Origin: Ilumatobacter sp.
Lineage (GTDB): Bacteria > Actinomycetota > Acidimicrobiia > Acidimicrobiales > Ilumatobacteraceae
Assembly (NCBI GenBank): GCA_013002175.1
Contig: JABDKP010000038.1
Location: forward strand, 1,099-65,098
Length of the DNA: 64,000 nt
Direction of reading: 5' to 3'
Each line of letters opens with the position of its first letter. Position 1 is the first letter of the stretch. Shown here piece by piece: positions 1-9,620 of this stretch. The translations under genes were made by a program, and so were the position numbers. The notes under the pieces were generated by a model. The model worked only from the letters and a program-made list of their open reading frames with translations. It searched no databases and was not told the origin of the DNA.

Positions 1-1
1 C

Positions 2-304
2 CCGTTCCTCGCGCTGTACGCCGGCGGGATGGGCGCGAAGGGCGCCAACTTCCACTACGAGGTGTTCGAGCGGATGGGCTATGGCGATGTTGCCGACAAG
101 GTCCAGAACCTCTACCTCGAGGGCAAGAAGGACGAGGCCGCCGCGTCGATCCCGCTCGACATGGTGGAGGCGGTGGCGCTGGGCGGCCCGGCCGGCAAGA
201 TCAGAGACGAGCTGGCCCAGTGGGAGGAGAGCTGCATCACCGAGCTGCTGCTCAGCGGCCCCGCGATGATGCTCCCCCACTACGCCGAGCTGATCCTCGG
301 GTAG
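2..304 (+). CDS. LLM-class F420-dependent oxidoreductase, C-terminal part (5'-truncated by window edge)
   Basis: Frame open from window start; ALYAGGMGAKGANFHYEVFERMGY...YLEGKKDEAAA is typical of actinobacterial luciferase-like F420 enzymes. Confidence 0.85.
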   Translation, partial: PFLALYAGGMGAKGANFHYEVFERMGYGDVADKVQNLYLEGKKDEAAASIPLDMVEAVALGGPAGKIRDELAQWEESCITELLLSGPAMMLPHYAELILG

Positions 305-333
305 TCCGGCGTCGCGGCCGTAGCCTCAGCCCG

Positions 334-639
334 ATGGCACGCCACGACATCACCTCGGTCGAGGTCGACCGGACCTCGCACGTCGAGGTCGAGTTCGAAG
401 ATGGCGTCACCGCCCGGTTCGAACTCGCCCCGCTTCGGTTGGCCTGCCCGTGCGCCGAGTGCAACGCGCGCCGCCAGCGCGACGAGCCGGCGAGTGCAGC
501 GGTCGCCGACGGTGGCCCGATCTCGATCGTCGACGCCGAGTTCTCGGGCAACTGGGGCCTCCGCCTCGACTGGAGCGACGGCCACTCGACCGGCATCTAC
601 GCCTGGACGACCCTCCGCCGGTGGGCCGACGAGTCGTAG
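334..639 (+). CDS. DUF971 / gamma-butyrobetaine hydroxylase-like N-terminal domain protein
   Basis: LRLACPCAEC and WSDGHSTGIY motifs; ATG 334 preceded by TAGCCT -10-like hexamer. Confidence 0.85.
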   Translation: MARHDITSVEVDRTSHVEVEFEDGVTARFELAPLRLACPCAECNARRQRDEPASAAVADGGPISIVDAEFSGNWGLRLDWSDGHSTGIYAWTTLRRWADES

Positions 640-667
640 TCAAAGTTGTGCCTGGCACAACTTTGAC
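639..667. repeat. 29-bp perfect palindrome GTCAAAGTTGTGCC-T-GGCACAACTTTGAC (copy 1, REP-like)
   Basis: 14-bp perfect arms; fills the whole gap between two convergent stop codons; same arms at 13123 and 61209. Confidence 0.95.
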
Positions 668-2440
668 CTAGGGCAGCAGGGAGGCGGGGATGTCGACGAT
701 GCGGGCGCGGAGCCATTCGCCGAGGGCTTTGGCCTGGGCGTCCTGGCGGGTCGACGCGGCGACACCCTCCTCCAGCAGGCCGACGATCACGAAGTTCAGC
801 GAGCGGATGTTCGGGAACCGGTAGCGCTCGATCGGCAGAGCCCCCGCCTCCGGCAACAGTTCGCGCAACCGATCGGACGTCAGGAACGCATCGAGCCACG
901 GCCACGCCTCGTCCCTGCGGACGAACACACCGAGGTTCGCGTTGCCACCCTTGTCACCCGAGCGTGCCCCGACGATCGCTCCGAGCGGGGCCCGCGTCGT
1001 CGGGCCGTCGGGCGCCGACTGGGGTCCGGCGACCTCGCTCGCGAGGCGCTCGCCGGCTGGTCCCCCGGACTCGACCTCGACCGTCGACCCGCCGAGCAGG
1101 TGGACGTGACTCGGCACGAGGTCGGCGGGCACCGTTGCCGGCCGGTACACGCCGAACGGCGTCCCGGGGCCCGGTCCGCCGCCGAGGCCGTACATCCCCG
1201 GGATGCCCGCCAGCGCCGTGTGCACCATCGCGTCCGAGAACGCCCGGCCCACCTTGCGCTCGTCACGATCCTTCACCGTCAGCCGCCAGATCGCGGTCGC
1301 CTCCTCCTGCGTCGCCGGATCCGGCTTGTTCGTCGGGACCACCCGGCTCGACACCGAGTCGAAGTCGTCGGGCCCGAACGGGCAGGCGTCCCAGAACGCG
1401 GCCTGCGCGAATTCCGCCTTCGCGTCGACGTCCAGGCCCGTGAGCGCAACCGTGAACGAGTTGCGGTAGCCGCCGAGTTCGTTCATCGCCACCTTCAGCG
1501 TCGCCGGCGGCGCCTGCCCCCGGACACCTGACACTCTCACCCGGTCGCGGTCGACCTGTTTCAGCTCGACCGTGTCGAACCGGGCCGTGACGTCGGGGCC
1601 GAGGTACTCGGGACCGCCGATCTCGTACAACAGCTGCGACGTGACCGTGCCGATCGACACCTCGCCGCCGGTGCCGTCGTGCTTGCCGATCACCGCCGAC
1701 CCGTCCGCGGCGACCTCTGCCCACGGGAAGCCGAACCGGGCCCGTCCACCCACCTCGGCGACGCCGTCGATCTCCTCGAAGAACGAGTAGTTGCCGCCGG
1801 TGACCTGCGCGCTGCACTCGATCAGGTGTCCGGCGACCACCGCACCGGCCAGCTGATCGAAGTCGGATCGGCTCCACCCGTGGTGCCACGCCGCCGGGCC
1901 ACAGACGACCGCTGCGTCGGTGACCCGTCCCGTGACGACGATGTCCGCACCGCGCGTCAGGGCGTCGACGATGCCCCAGCAGCCGAGGTAGGCGTTGGCG
2001 GTGACGAACGCGGCCGGATCGTCGATCGCATCGGTACCGGGGAACGGTTGCAGCGCGCCGGCCTCGACGAGTTCCGTGAGTCGTGGCAACAGATCGTCGC
2101 CGTCGACGTACGCGATCGTCGGCGAGAGGCCGAGCTTGTCGGCGATGTCCTGCACCGCTTCCGCGCAGCCGTCCGGGTCCAGCCCGCCGGCATTCGACAC
2201 GACCTTGATGCCGCGGTCGAGGCAGGAGCCCATCACCTCCTCCATCTGGCCGACGAACGTCCGGGCGTACCCGGACCCCGGTCGTTTCGCGCTGATCCGG
2301 CTGAGGATCAGCATCGTCAGCTCGGCCAGCCAGTCGCCGGTCAGCACGTCGATCGGCCCGCCCTCGACCATCTCCCGCGCCCCGGCCGGCCGATCACCGA
2401 AGAAGCCCGAGCAGTTGGCGATGCGGATCGGCTCGGTCAT
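668..2440 (-). CDS. Acyclic terpene utilization AtuA family protein
   Basis: N-terminus IRIANCSGFFGDR, GDWLAELTM, and C-terminal ARSGDKGG...TRQDAQAKALGEWL. Confidence 0.9.
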   Translation of the reverse strand: MTEPIRIANCSGFFGDRPAGAREMVEGGPIDVLTGDWLAELTMLILSRISAKRPGSGYARTFVGQMEEVMGSCLDRGIKVVSNAGGLDPDGCAEAVQDIADKLGLSPTIAYVDGDDLLPRLTELVEAGALQPFPGTDAIDDPAAFVTANAYLGCWGIVDALTRGADIVVTGRVTDAAVVCGPAAWHHGWSRSDFDQLAGAVVAGHLIECSAQVTGGNYSFFEEIDGVAEVGGRARFGFPWAEVAADGSAVIGKHDGTGGEVSIGTVTSQLLYEIGGPEYLGPDVTARFDTVELKQVDRDRVRVSGVRGQAPPATLKVAMNELGGYRNSFTVALTGLDVDAKAEFAQAAFWDACPFGPDDFDSVSSRVVPTNKPDPATQEEATAIWRLTVKDRDERKVGRAFSDAMVHTALAGIPGMYGLGGGPGPGTPFGVYRPATVPADLVPSHVHLLGGSTVEVESGGPAGERLASEVAGPQSAPDGPTTRAPLGAIVGARSGDKGGNANLGVFVRRDEAWPWLDAFLTSDRLRELLPEAGALPIERYRFPNIRSLNFVIVGLLEEGVAASTRQDAQAKALGEWLRARIVDIPASLLP

Positions 2441-2468
2441 GCCGCCGGCACCGTCATCGGGCCGACCC

Positions 2469-4538
2469 TCATCCGTCGCCGCCGTCACCGCTGTCGACGT
2501 CGTCGAGCGCGACGAGCAGATCGCCCTGATCGACTCGGTCACCGACGCCGAACCGAACCTCCGCGACCCGGTGTGTGCCGATCGCGACGATCTGGTGCTC
2601 CATCTTCATCGCCTCGACGACCATCAGCACATCGCCGTCGTGGATCGTCTGGCCGGCCTCGACGTGCACGGCGATCACCGTGCCGGGCAGCGGGCAGATC
2701 GGCCCTCCTCCCCCACCGTCCACCTCGTGCTCGGTGAACAGCGGCGCGCGCTCCCACACCACCGACCCGGACCGGCTGTGCGTGCGGACCATCTCGCCCG
2801 CGATGCTGACCTCGACGACATGGCGCCGTCCGTCGATCTCGACCACCTGGCGATCGAGCGACCTCGACAGCAGACGCACCCGCGCGGTGCGCCGCCCGTC
2901 GACGCTCAGTGAGCCGTCGTCGGTCGGTGTCGGCCACGGACCGAGATGCACGGTTGCCGACGTCCGATCGTGCATCACGTACTCGACGTGGTGCTCATGG
3001 CCTGCTTCGAGCCACAGCACACGCTGACCCTGCGTCCGGACGATGCGGAACCCGGATGGCGCGAAGCCGTGATGCTGATCGGCGGCGCGATCGCGGAACT
3101 CGATTCCGAACGTCGCCCCGAGCAGGAGGGCGACGCGGTCGTCGCCCTCCGGACCGGGTGGCGCCACGAGGTGCGGATGCTCGTCGAGGAACGCGGTCGG
3201 CGTCGTCGCGGCAAGGAAGTCGCGGTTGATCAGTGTCGCCGCGAGCATGTCGACGTTCGTGCTGACGCCGGTGATCGTCGAGGTCCGCAGCGCCCGAGAC
3301 AGCGCCCGCGCCGCGTCGACGCGGCGCGGCGCATGCGCGATCACTTTCGCCAGCAACGAGTCGTAGTTGGCGGAGATCACGGTGCCGGCGCGGATGCCGG
3401 TGTCGACGCGCACGCCGTCGGGCACTTCGAAGGCGGTGATCTCGCCGGTCGATGGCATCCAGTTCGCCGCCGGATCCTCGGCGACGACGCGGACCTCGAT
3501 CGCGTGTCCCGTGACATCGATGTCGGACTGCGTGACGGCGAGCGGCTCGCCTGCGGCGACACGCAACTGCATCTCGACGAGGTCGAGACCGGTGACCGCC
3601 TCGGTGACCGGATGCTCGACCTGGAGGCGGGTGTTGACCTCGAGGAAGTTGATCGTGCCGTCGAACCCGACGAGGAACTCGACCGTTCCGGCTCCGACGT
3701 AGCCGACGTGGCGGGCGAGCGCGAGCGCGCCGTCGCACACTGCGGCCCGCGTCTCCGCCGTGATGCCGGCGGACGGCGACTCCTCGATCACCTTCTGGTT
3801 GCGGCGCTGGATCGAGCACTCCCGCTCGCCGAGGTGGACGACGTTGCCCACCTGGTCACCCATGATCTGCACCTCGATGTGACGGCCCCGCTCGATGAAC
3901 GGCTCGACGAACACCGTGCCGTCGCCGAACGCCGCCTCTGCTTCCCGCGCCGCCGACTGGATCGACACGCTCAACGCCTCCGGCGAGCGGACGACGCGCA
4001 TCCCGCGCCCACCCCCTCCGGCCGCCGCCTTGACGAGTGCGGGCATCGGGACGCCCTCCGGAACGCGACCGTCGACGACCTCGAAGATCGGCGTCGTCGG
4101 GACACCGGACGCGACGGCGGCCCGCTTCGCGGCGACCTTGTCGCCGAGCAGCGTGATCTGCTCGGGCGTCGGCCCGACCCAGATCAATCCGGCCGCGACC
4201 ACCGCATCGGCGAACGCCGCGTTCTCCGCGAGGAACCCGTAGCCCGGGTGGATCGCGTCTGCACCGGTGTCGAGCGCGGCTGCGATCACCGCATCGCCAC
4301 GCAGGTACGACTCGGCCGCGGTGTCGCCACCGAGCGCGACTGCGACGTCCACCGTGTCGACGTGCAGCGCGTTGGCGTCCGGCTCTGAGTACACGCCCAC
4401 CGTGTCGATGCCGAGGCGGTGTGCGGTCGTCGCGATCCGCACTGCGATCTCACCGCGGTTCGCGATCAACAGGCGCCCGATCGTGGGCGTCGACGACGTC
4501 GCGACCGGCGGCGCCCAGGTAGCTGCATCGCCCGCCAT
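2469..4538 (-). CDS. Acyl-CoA carboxylase alpha subunit (biotin carboxylase + biotin carrier)
   Basis: LIANRGEIA, HPGYGFLAEN, ECSIQRRNQK, FLEVNTRLQVEH, C-terminal EAMKM biotinylation motif. Confidence 0.95.
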   Translation of the reverse strand: MAGDAATWAPPVATSSTPTIGRLLIANRGEIAVRIATTAHRLGIDTVGVYSEPDANALHVDTVDVAVALGGDTAAESYLRGDAVIAAALDTGADAIHPGYGFLAENAAFADAVVAAGLIWVGPTPEQITLLGDKVAAKRAAVASGVPTTPIFEVVDGRVPEGVPMPALVKAAAGGGGRGMRVVRSPEALSVSIQSAAREAEAAFGDGTVFVEPFIERGRHIEVQIMGDQVGNVVHLGERECSIQRRNQKVIEESPSAGITAETRAAVCDGALALARHVGYVGAGTVEFLVGFDGTINFLEVNTRLQVEHPVTEAVTGLDLVEMQLRVAAGEPLAVTQSDIDVTGHAIEVRVVAEDPAANWMPSTGEITAFEVPDGVRVDTGIRAGTVISANYDSLLAKVIAHAPRRVDAARALSRALRTSTITGVSTNVDMLAATLINRDFLAATTPTAFLDEHPHLVAPPGPEGDDRVALLLGATFGIEFRDRAADQHHGFAPSGFRIVRTQGQRVLWLEAGHEHHVEYVMHDRTSATVHLGPWPTPTDDGSLSVDGRRTARVRLLSRSLDRQVVEIDGRRHVVEVSIAGEMVRTHSRSGSVVWERAPLFTEHEVDGGGGGPICPLPGTVIAVHVEAGQTIHDGDVLMVVEAMKMEHQIVAIGTHRVAEVRFGVGDRVDQGDLLVALDDVDSGDGGDG

Positions 4539-6142
4539 CAGTGCCTCCACACGCCGTACTCGGTGGCGCCCTGCACGACGTTGGAATGGGCAGCCGACAG
4601 TGCGATTCCCAGCACCGTGCGCGTCTCGGCGGGATGGATGATGCCGTCGTCCCACATCCGGCCGGTCGAGTACAGCGCGGTCGACTCCTCCTCGATCTGG
4701 TGCTCGAGTGCCGTGGTCTGCATGGCGAGCGCCGCCTCATCGACCTCGACGCCGCGTCCCTTCGCGGAGTTGCGGGCGATGATGTCCATCACGCCGGCGA
4801 GCACCGCCGGACCCATCACGGCGACCCGATGGTTGGGCCAGGTGAAGATGAACCTGGGGTTGTACGACTTGCCGGCCATGCCGTAGTTGCCGGCCCCGTA
4901 GCTCGCGCCGACCATCAGGTTGAAGTGCGGCACGGTCGAGTTCGACACCGCGTTGATCATCTTCGCCCCGTTGCGAATGATGCCGCCCTGCTCGGCTTTG
5001 GAGCCGACCATGAACCCGGTGATGTTGTGCAGGAAGACGAGCGGCGTGTCGTTCTTGTTGCACAACTGGATGAACTGCGCCCCCTTTGCCGCCTCCTCGG
5101 AGAACAGGATGCCGTTGTTGCCGAGGACGCCGACCGGGTAGCCGCAGATCGACGCCCACCCGCAGACCAGTGTCGAGCCGTACAGCGGCTTGAACTCCTC
5201 GAAGCGCGACCCGTCGAGCAACCGGGCGTACACCTCACGGATGTCGAACGGGATCCGGACGTCGGCGGACGCGCAGCCGAGGAGTTCGGCGGGGTCGTAC
5301 ACCGGCTCGTCGGGGGGCTCGGACGGGCCCGGCCCGAGCTTCTTCCAGCGCAGGTGCCTGACGATCTGGCGGGTGATCCGCAGTGCGTCCATCTCGTCCA
5401 TGGCGAGGTAGTCGGACAGGCCGCTCGTCCTCGAATGCATCTCGGCGCCGCCCAGCGTCTCCTCGTCGGCGACTTCGTCGATCGCCATCTTCACCAGCGG
5501 CGGCCCTCCGAGATAGGCGGTACCGCGGTTCTTGACGAACACGGTGTAGTCGCTCATTCCCGGTACGTAGGCGCCACCGGCGGTGTTCGGCCCGAACGCC
5601 ATCGTGATCGTCGGGATGCCGAGCTTGGAGAACTGCGTGAGATCACGGAAGCTCTGCCCGCCCTGGATGAACAGGTCGGCCTGGCGGGGCAGGTCGGCGC
5701 CGGCGGACTCGTTGAGGTTGATCAGCGGCAGCCGGTTCTCCCGCACGATCTCGTGGAAGCGCAGGCTCTTCTTCCACGTGTTCGGGTTGGCGGCCCCGCC
5801 CTTGACGGACATGTCGGTGCCGGTGATTGCACACTCGACGCCTTCGACCTGGCCGATCCCCGCGGCGACGCCGACGCCGACCGGGTCCTGCGTGCCCCAT
5901 GCGGCGAGCGGCATCAGTTCGAGGAACGGCGTGTTCGGGTCGATCAGCGCCTCGATCCGTTCGCGGACCATCATCTTGCCGCGCTTGCGGTGGCGGTCGA
6001 CGTACCGCTGGCCACCGATCGTCGGGACCTGTTCGAGCTGCTCGGCGACGAGGTCCCAGAGCTGCTGCATCTCAGCGAGGTTGGTCCGGTACGCGTCCGA
6101 GCCCGTGTCGAGCCGACTCCTGATCACACTCCCGATCGTCAT
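4538..6142 (-). CDS. Acyl-CoA carboxylase beta (carboxyltransferase) subunit
   Basis: ESAGADL, GGAYVPGMSD, LGGAEMH, ITGFMVG, GASYGAGNYGM; start taken at MTIGS. Confidence 0.93.
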   Translation of the reverse strand: MTIGSVIRSRLDTGSDAYRTNLAEMQQLWDLVAEQLEQVPTIGGQRYVDRHRKRGKMMVRERIEALIDPNTPFLELMPLAAWGTQDPVGVGVAAGIGQVEGVECAITGTDMSVKGGAANPNTWKKSLRFHEIVRENRLPLINLNESAGADLPRQADLFIQGGQSFRDLTQFSKLGIPTITMAFGPNTAGGAYVPGMSDYTVFVKNRGTAYLGGPPLVKMAIDEVADEETLGGAEMHSRTSGLSDYLAMDEMDALRITRQIVRHLRWKKLGPGPSEPPDEPVYDPAELLGCASADVRIPFDIREVYARLLDGSRFEEFKPLYGSTLVCGWASICGYPVGVLGNNGILFSEEAAKGAQFIQLCNKNDTPLVFLHNITGFMVGSKAEQGGIIRNGAKMINAVSNSTVPHFNLMVGASYGAGNYGMAGKSYNPRFIFTWPNHRVAVMGPAVLAGVMDIIARNSAKGRGVEVDEAALAMQTTALEHQIEEESTALYSTGRMWDDGIIHPAETRTVLGIALSAAHSNVVQGATEYGVWRH

Positions 6143-6192
6143 GCTGTCCCTTCGCGGTTCCGAACGCTTGCTCCGGGGGCCGACCGTAGCTA

Positions 6193-6220
6193 CGGTACCA
6201 AACTGTGTCAATTGGTACCG
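6193..6220. promoter_or_regulatory. Probable TetR operator, inverted repeat CGGTACCAA-N10-TTGGTACCG
   Basis: 9-bp perfect inverted repeat between the divergent carboxylase operon and tetR, overlapping the tetR start. Confidence 0.65.
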
Positions 6221-6816
6221 CGCCACGACCACTGCTGTCACGGCAGCAGGAAGCCCAGCTCGGGCCGCGCCACCGCCAGATCCTCGATCAGCTCGAGGGG
6301 GTCTTCCTGGCCGAGGGCTTCGCCGCCACGACGGTCGCCCAACTCGCCGCGGCGGTCGGCTGCTCGCGCCGCACGCTCTACGAGCTGGCTCCGTCGAAGG
6401 ACGCCCTCGTGCTGATGGTGCTCGATCGATTCCTGCATCGCGTCGGCCGGACGGCGCGCCATGCGATCGACGAGGCCGCCCCGATCGCCGATCAACTGCG
6501 GTCGTACTTCAATGGCGCGATCGAGCTCCAGCGCCTCACCGCGGCGTTCGCGGAGGACCTCGCGGACGACCCCGCGGCGCGTCGTCTCCTCGACCGCCAC
6601 TTCCGCTACGTGATGGCGGTGCTCGAAGGCTTGATCCGCCGCGGCATCGACGACGGGGTGTTTCGCGACGTGCCTGCCGGTGTTGCGGCAGGCGTTTTAG
6701 CAGGAAGTGGGCTGTACTTCAGTCAGCCGGCGATCCTCCACGACGTCGTCCTCACCCGTGACCAGGCATCGGCCGAGATCGCGGATCTCGTGCTCCGGTC
6801 GTTGCTCGCCGCCTAG
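6205..6816 (+). CDS. TetR/AcrR family transcriptional regulator
   Basis: HTH FLAEGFAATTVAQLAAAVGCSRRTLYELAPSKD; start codon uncertain. Confidence 0.9.
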   Translation: MSIGTAPRPLLSRQQEAQLGPRHRQILDQLEGVFLAEGFAATTVAQLAAAVGCSRRTLYELAPSKDALVLMVLDRFLHRVGRTARHAIDEAAPIADQLRSYFNGAIELQRLTAAFAEDLADDPAARRLLDRHFRYVMAVLEGLIRRGIDDGVFRDVPAGVAAGVLAGSGLYFSQPAILHDVVLTRDQASAEIADLVLRSLLAA

Positions 6817-6852
6817 AGTGCGCTCAAATGAACGTCCGATGAGGCAGCGCCG

Positions 6853-7653
6853 ATGAACGTGAGAGATGTCGAAGCCGATTTGATCGCCGAGCAGAGCTCG
6901 CTCGACACGATCATCGCGGAACTGTCCGACGACGAATGGAGCCGCCCGACGCCGAGTCCGGGGTGGAGCGTCGCCGATCAGATCGGCCACCTCACCTACT
7001 TCGACGGCACCGCGGCGACGGCGATCACCGACCCCGAACGGTTCGCGCAGCTCGCGGACGAGCTGCTCGCGGCCACCGGCAGCGACACCGCCGGCGACGA
7101 CCTCACGCTGTCGGCGTACCGCTCGATGTCGCCCACCGAGCTCGTCCGCGTGTGGCGCCGCAATCGCGCCGTGCTCGCCGACGCGGCCGCCAGGCTCGCC
7201 GACGACGACCGCGTGGTCTGGTACGGCCCGTCGATGGGATCGAAGTCGTTCCTCACCGCCCGCCTGATGGAGGTGTGGGCCCATGGCCAAGACATCTGCG
7301 ATGCACTCGATCTCGACCACCCCCGTACCGATCGCATCCGCCACATCGCCCAACTCGGGTTCATCACCCACAACTGGACCTACGTCAACCGTCAACTCCC
7401 GCCGCCCACGACTCCCGTTTTCGTCCAGCTCAACGCCCCCTCGGGCGACGTATGGAACTTCGGGTCGGGTGACGCCAACAATTCGATCAAGGGCCCGGCC
7501 GTCGACTTCTGCATGGTCGTGACGCAGCGGCGCCACGTCGACGACACCGAACTCGAGGTGAAGGGCCGGGCTGCCCGCGACTGGATGGAGAAGGCGCAGG
7601 CGTTCGCCGGCCCGCCCACCGACGGCCCGCCACCAGGGCGCTCGACGACCTGA
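6853..7653 (+). CDS. TIGR03084-like maleylpyruvate isomerase/DinB-fold metal-binding protein
   Basis: PTPSPGWSVADQIGHL, ARLMEVWAHGQD, AQAFAGPP. Confidence 0.85.
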   Translation: MNVRDVEADLIAEQSSLDTIIAELSDDEWSRPTPSPGWSVADQIGHLTYFDGTAATAITDPERFAQLADELLAATGSDTAGDDLTLSAYRSMSPTELVRVWRRNRAVLADAAARLADDDRVVWYGPSMGSKSFLTARLMEVWAHGQDICDALDLDHPRTDRIRHIAQLGFITHNWTYVNRQLPPPTTPVFVQLNAPSGDVWNFGSGDANNSIKGPAVDFCMVVTQRRHVDDTELEVKGRAARDWMEKAQAFAGPPTDGPPPGRSTT

Positions 7654-7669
7654 CGGGCGCGCGACAGCG

Positions 7670-8698
7670 TTACAGCGTGTAGCCGGTGATGTCGATGACG
7701 AAGTCGGCGGTCCCGCCGCCGAAGACCTTCAGCTGACGCGAGCCATCGACGGTCGACATCGTGCCGTTGTTGAGGATCTGCCCGGTGCCGAACCAGTTGA
7801 TCGACGCGGCGGTGAGCGCGGTCGCCGTGCCGGGTGTGACCGACAGGAACCCGACGTCGACCGTGTTCACGACGGCCAGGTTGAACATCACTGCGGTCGC
7901 TCCGGACGGCACCAGGTTGAACTGGTTGATCGCACCCGTCTCGACGTCGATCGCGTCCTTGACCGAGATCACCCGCGACCCGCCGTCGACGAGTGGGCCG
8001 TCGGTGAAGCGTGAGTCGTAGACGCGCCGCGGCGCCAGCGCGTGGACAGAGCCGGACGTGGCCGTTCCGGCGAGCTTGCGCCAGACTCCCGGCGTCCCGG
8101 ACGACACACAGAACCAGAGATTGCCGCCGGTCGACCGGAACTCGCCACGGTTGTGCACATACGTATCGCTTCTGGGGTCGGCGCCGCCGGATTGCATGTA
8201 GAGATGCGAGCGCGCATTCGACAGCGCGGCGGCGACGATCGCGTGGCCGGTGTTCTGCTGGGCAGCACGCGAGCTGGCGAAGGCGTACAGTCCGTTGGTG
8301 ACGCGGTCGCCCTGGCTGTACGCACCGATCGCCGCCGGAAACCCCGACGAGTCCGCCTGATCCGTGACGGTGAGGATGTTGCGGTTGACGAGCGCGCCGG
8401 CGCCGGTGCAGTTGAGCCGGGTGTTGCCCGCCTCCGACTCGTTGTTGACACCGATCCTCATGTCGTCGCCGTCGGCCGCAGCCGCCGGCCTGCCCAGTGC
8501 CGGGGCAGTCACGACCGCAGCGGCCGCCGCCGCGCCGGTCGCGATCAGTGCCCGCCGCGACTTGCGGGGCGGTGCGTCCGCTGGTTCGGGCCCCCCTTCG
8601 GTGTTGGACGTCACGGCGCCCGTCATCGACTCGATCACGGCACGCAACTCCCGCACCTCCGACCGCAGCAGCGCGACCTCCTCGTCCGTCGTGTCCAT
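7670..8698 (-). CDS. Hypothetical exported protein (Tat-like signal; C-terminal 'PRRVYDSR...GATAVMFNLAVV' beta-sandwich module)
   Basis: KSRRALI + Ala-rich hydrophobic stretch + AAA cleavage-like site; GC3-rich codon usage. Confidence 0.7.
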   Translation of the reverse strand: MDTTDEEVALLRSEVRELRAVIESMTGAVTSNTEGGPEPADAPPRKSRRALIATGAAAAAAVVTAPALGRPAAAADGDDMRIGVNNESEAGNTRLNCTGAGALVNRNILTVTDQADSSGFPAAIGAYSQGDRVTNGLYAFASSRAAQQNTGHAIVAAALSNARSHLYMQSGGADPRSDTYVHNRGEFRSTGGNLWFCVSSGTPGVWRKLAGTATSGSVHALAPRRVYDSRFTDGPLVDGGSRVISVKDAIDVETGAINQFNLVPSGATAVMFNLAVVNTVDVGFLSVTPGTATALTAASINWFGTGQILNNGTMSTVDGSRQLKVFGGGTADFVIDITGYTL

Positions 8699-8770
8699 TG
8701 CGGTGCCCCCTCGCGTGCGCTGACGCGCCCGCGGCCCGGACGCTGCACCCAGTGTCGCACACCACGCCGT

Positions 8771-8828
8771 CCCCGAAATCTGTCGCGATCGCTGCGGTGG
8801 GCGGGCCGAGAACGCCAGATTTCTGGGG
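8771..8828. repeat. ~58-bp imperfect hairpin repeat (family 2, copy A)
   Basis: CCCCGAAATCTG...CAGATTTCTGGGG; aligns ungapped with 29492-29549 (44/58 identical by hand count). Confidence 0.75.
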
Positions 8829-8830
8829 GT

Positions 8831-9610
8831 TCAGACGCCGCGGAACTGCGGCGATCGCTTCTCCATGAACGCCGAGATGCCTTCGACGTAGTCGGGCTGG
8901 CCGGCGAGCGCGCCCTGCGCATCAGCTTCGGCCGCGAGCACGTCGGAGAAACCGAACTGCTGGTCGGCGAGGCGCTGCACGATTCGCTTCGAGGCTGCGA
9001 ACGCAGCGGTCGGGCCTGACGCGATCTGCGTCGCCAGTTCGGTCACGCGGTCGTCGAGCGAGTCGTCGGCAACCACCTCGTTGACGAGCCCCATCGCCGC
9101 CGCCTCGGCGCCGTTCAGCAACCGGCTGGTGTAGATCAGCTCGAGTGCCCGGTGGGGGCCGATCCGTTGCACGAGTGCCGCGTGGCCGCCGGAGTCGAGG
9201 ACGCAGCCGATGTTGGCGAACGGCGACCCGAGCCGGGATCGCTCCGCCGCGATCACCAGGTCACAGGCCATCGCGATGCCGAACCCCACCCCGAGGGCCG
9301 GGCCGTGGACCGCGGCGAGCGTCGGCATCGGCAGGCTGCGGATCTTCGCGACCAACGGGTTGAAGAGGTCGGCGAGAATCGCCCGCGCATCCTCCTCCAG
9401 CGGTGCTGCGTTCGACAGGTCGCGTCCGGCGGAGAAGCCCTTGCCGGCACCTCGAATCACGACGACGCGAGCGTTGGCAGCGCCGTCGAGTGCGTCGTGC
9501 AGCGCGCCGACCATCGCCTCGTCGAGGCTGTTGATCACGGCGGGGCGGTCGAGGGTGATCGTCACCCTGGCGTCGTCGGTCTCGACGAGGATCGGCGCGT
9601 CGTCGCTCAT
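8831..9610 (-). CDS. Enoyl-CoA hydratase/isomerase (PaaG-like)
   Basis: GAGKGFSAGRDL, AVHGPALGVG, FANIGCVLDSGG, EGISAFMEKRSP; last gene of the paa-like operon. Confidence 0.85.
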   Translation of the reverse strand: MSDDAPILVETDDARVTITLDRPAVINSLDEAMVGALHDALDGAANARVVVIRGAGKGFSAGRDLSNAAPLEEDARAILADLFNPLVAKIRSLPMPTLAAVHGPALGVGFGIAMACDLVIAAERSRLGSPFANIGCVLDSGGHAALVQRIGPHRALELIYTSRLLNGAEAAAMGLVNEVVADDSLDDRVTELATQIASGPTAAFAASKRIVQRLADQQFGFSDVLAAEADAQGALAGQPDYVEGISAFMEKRSPQFRGV

Positions 9611-9620
9611 GACCGAATGG

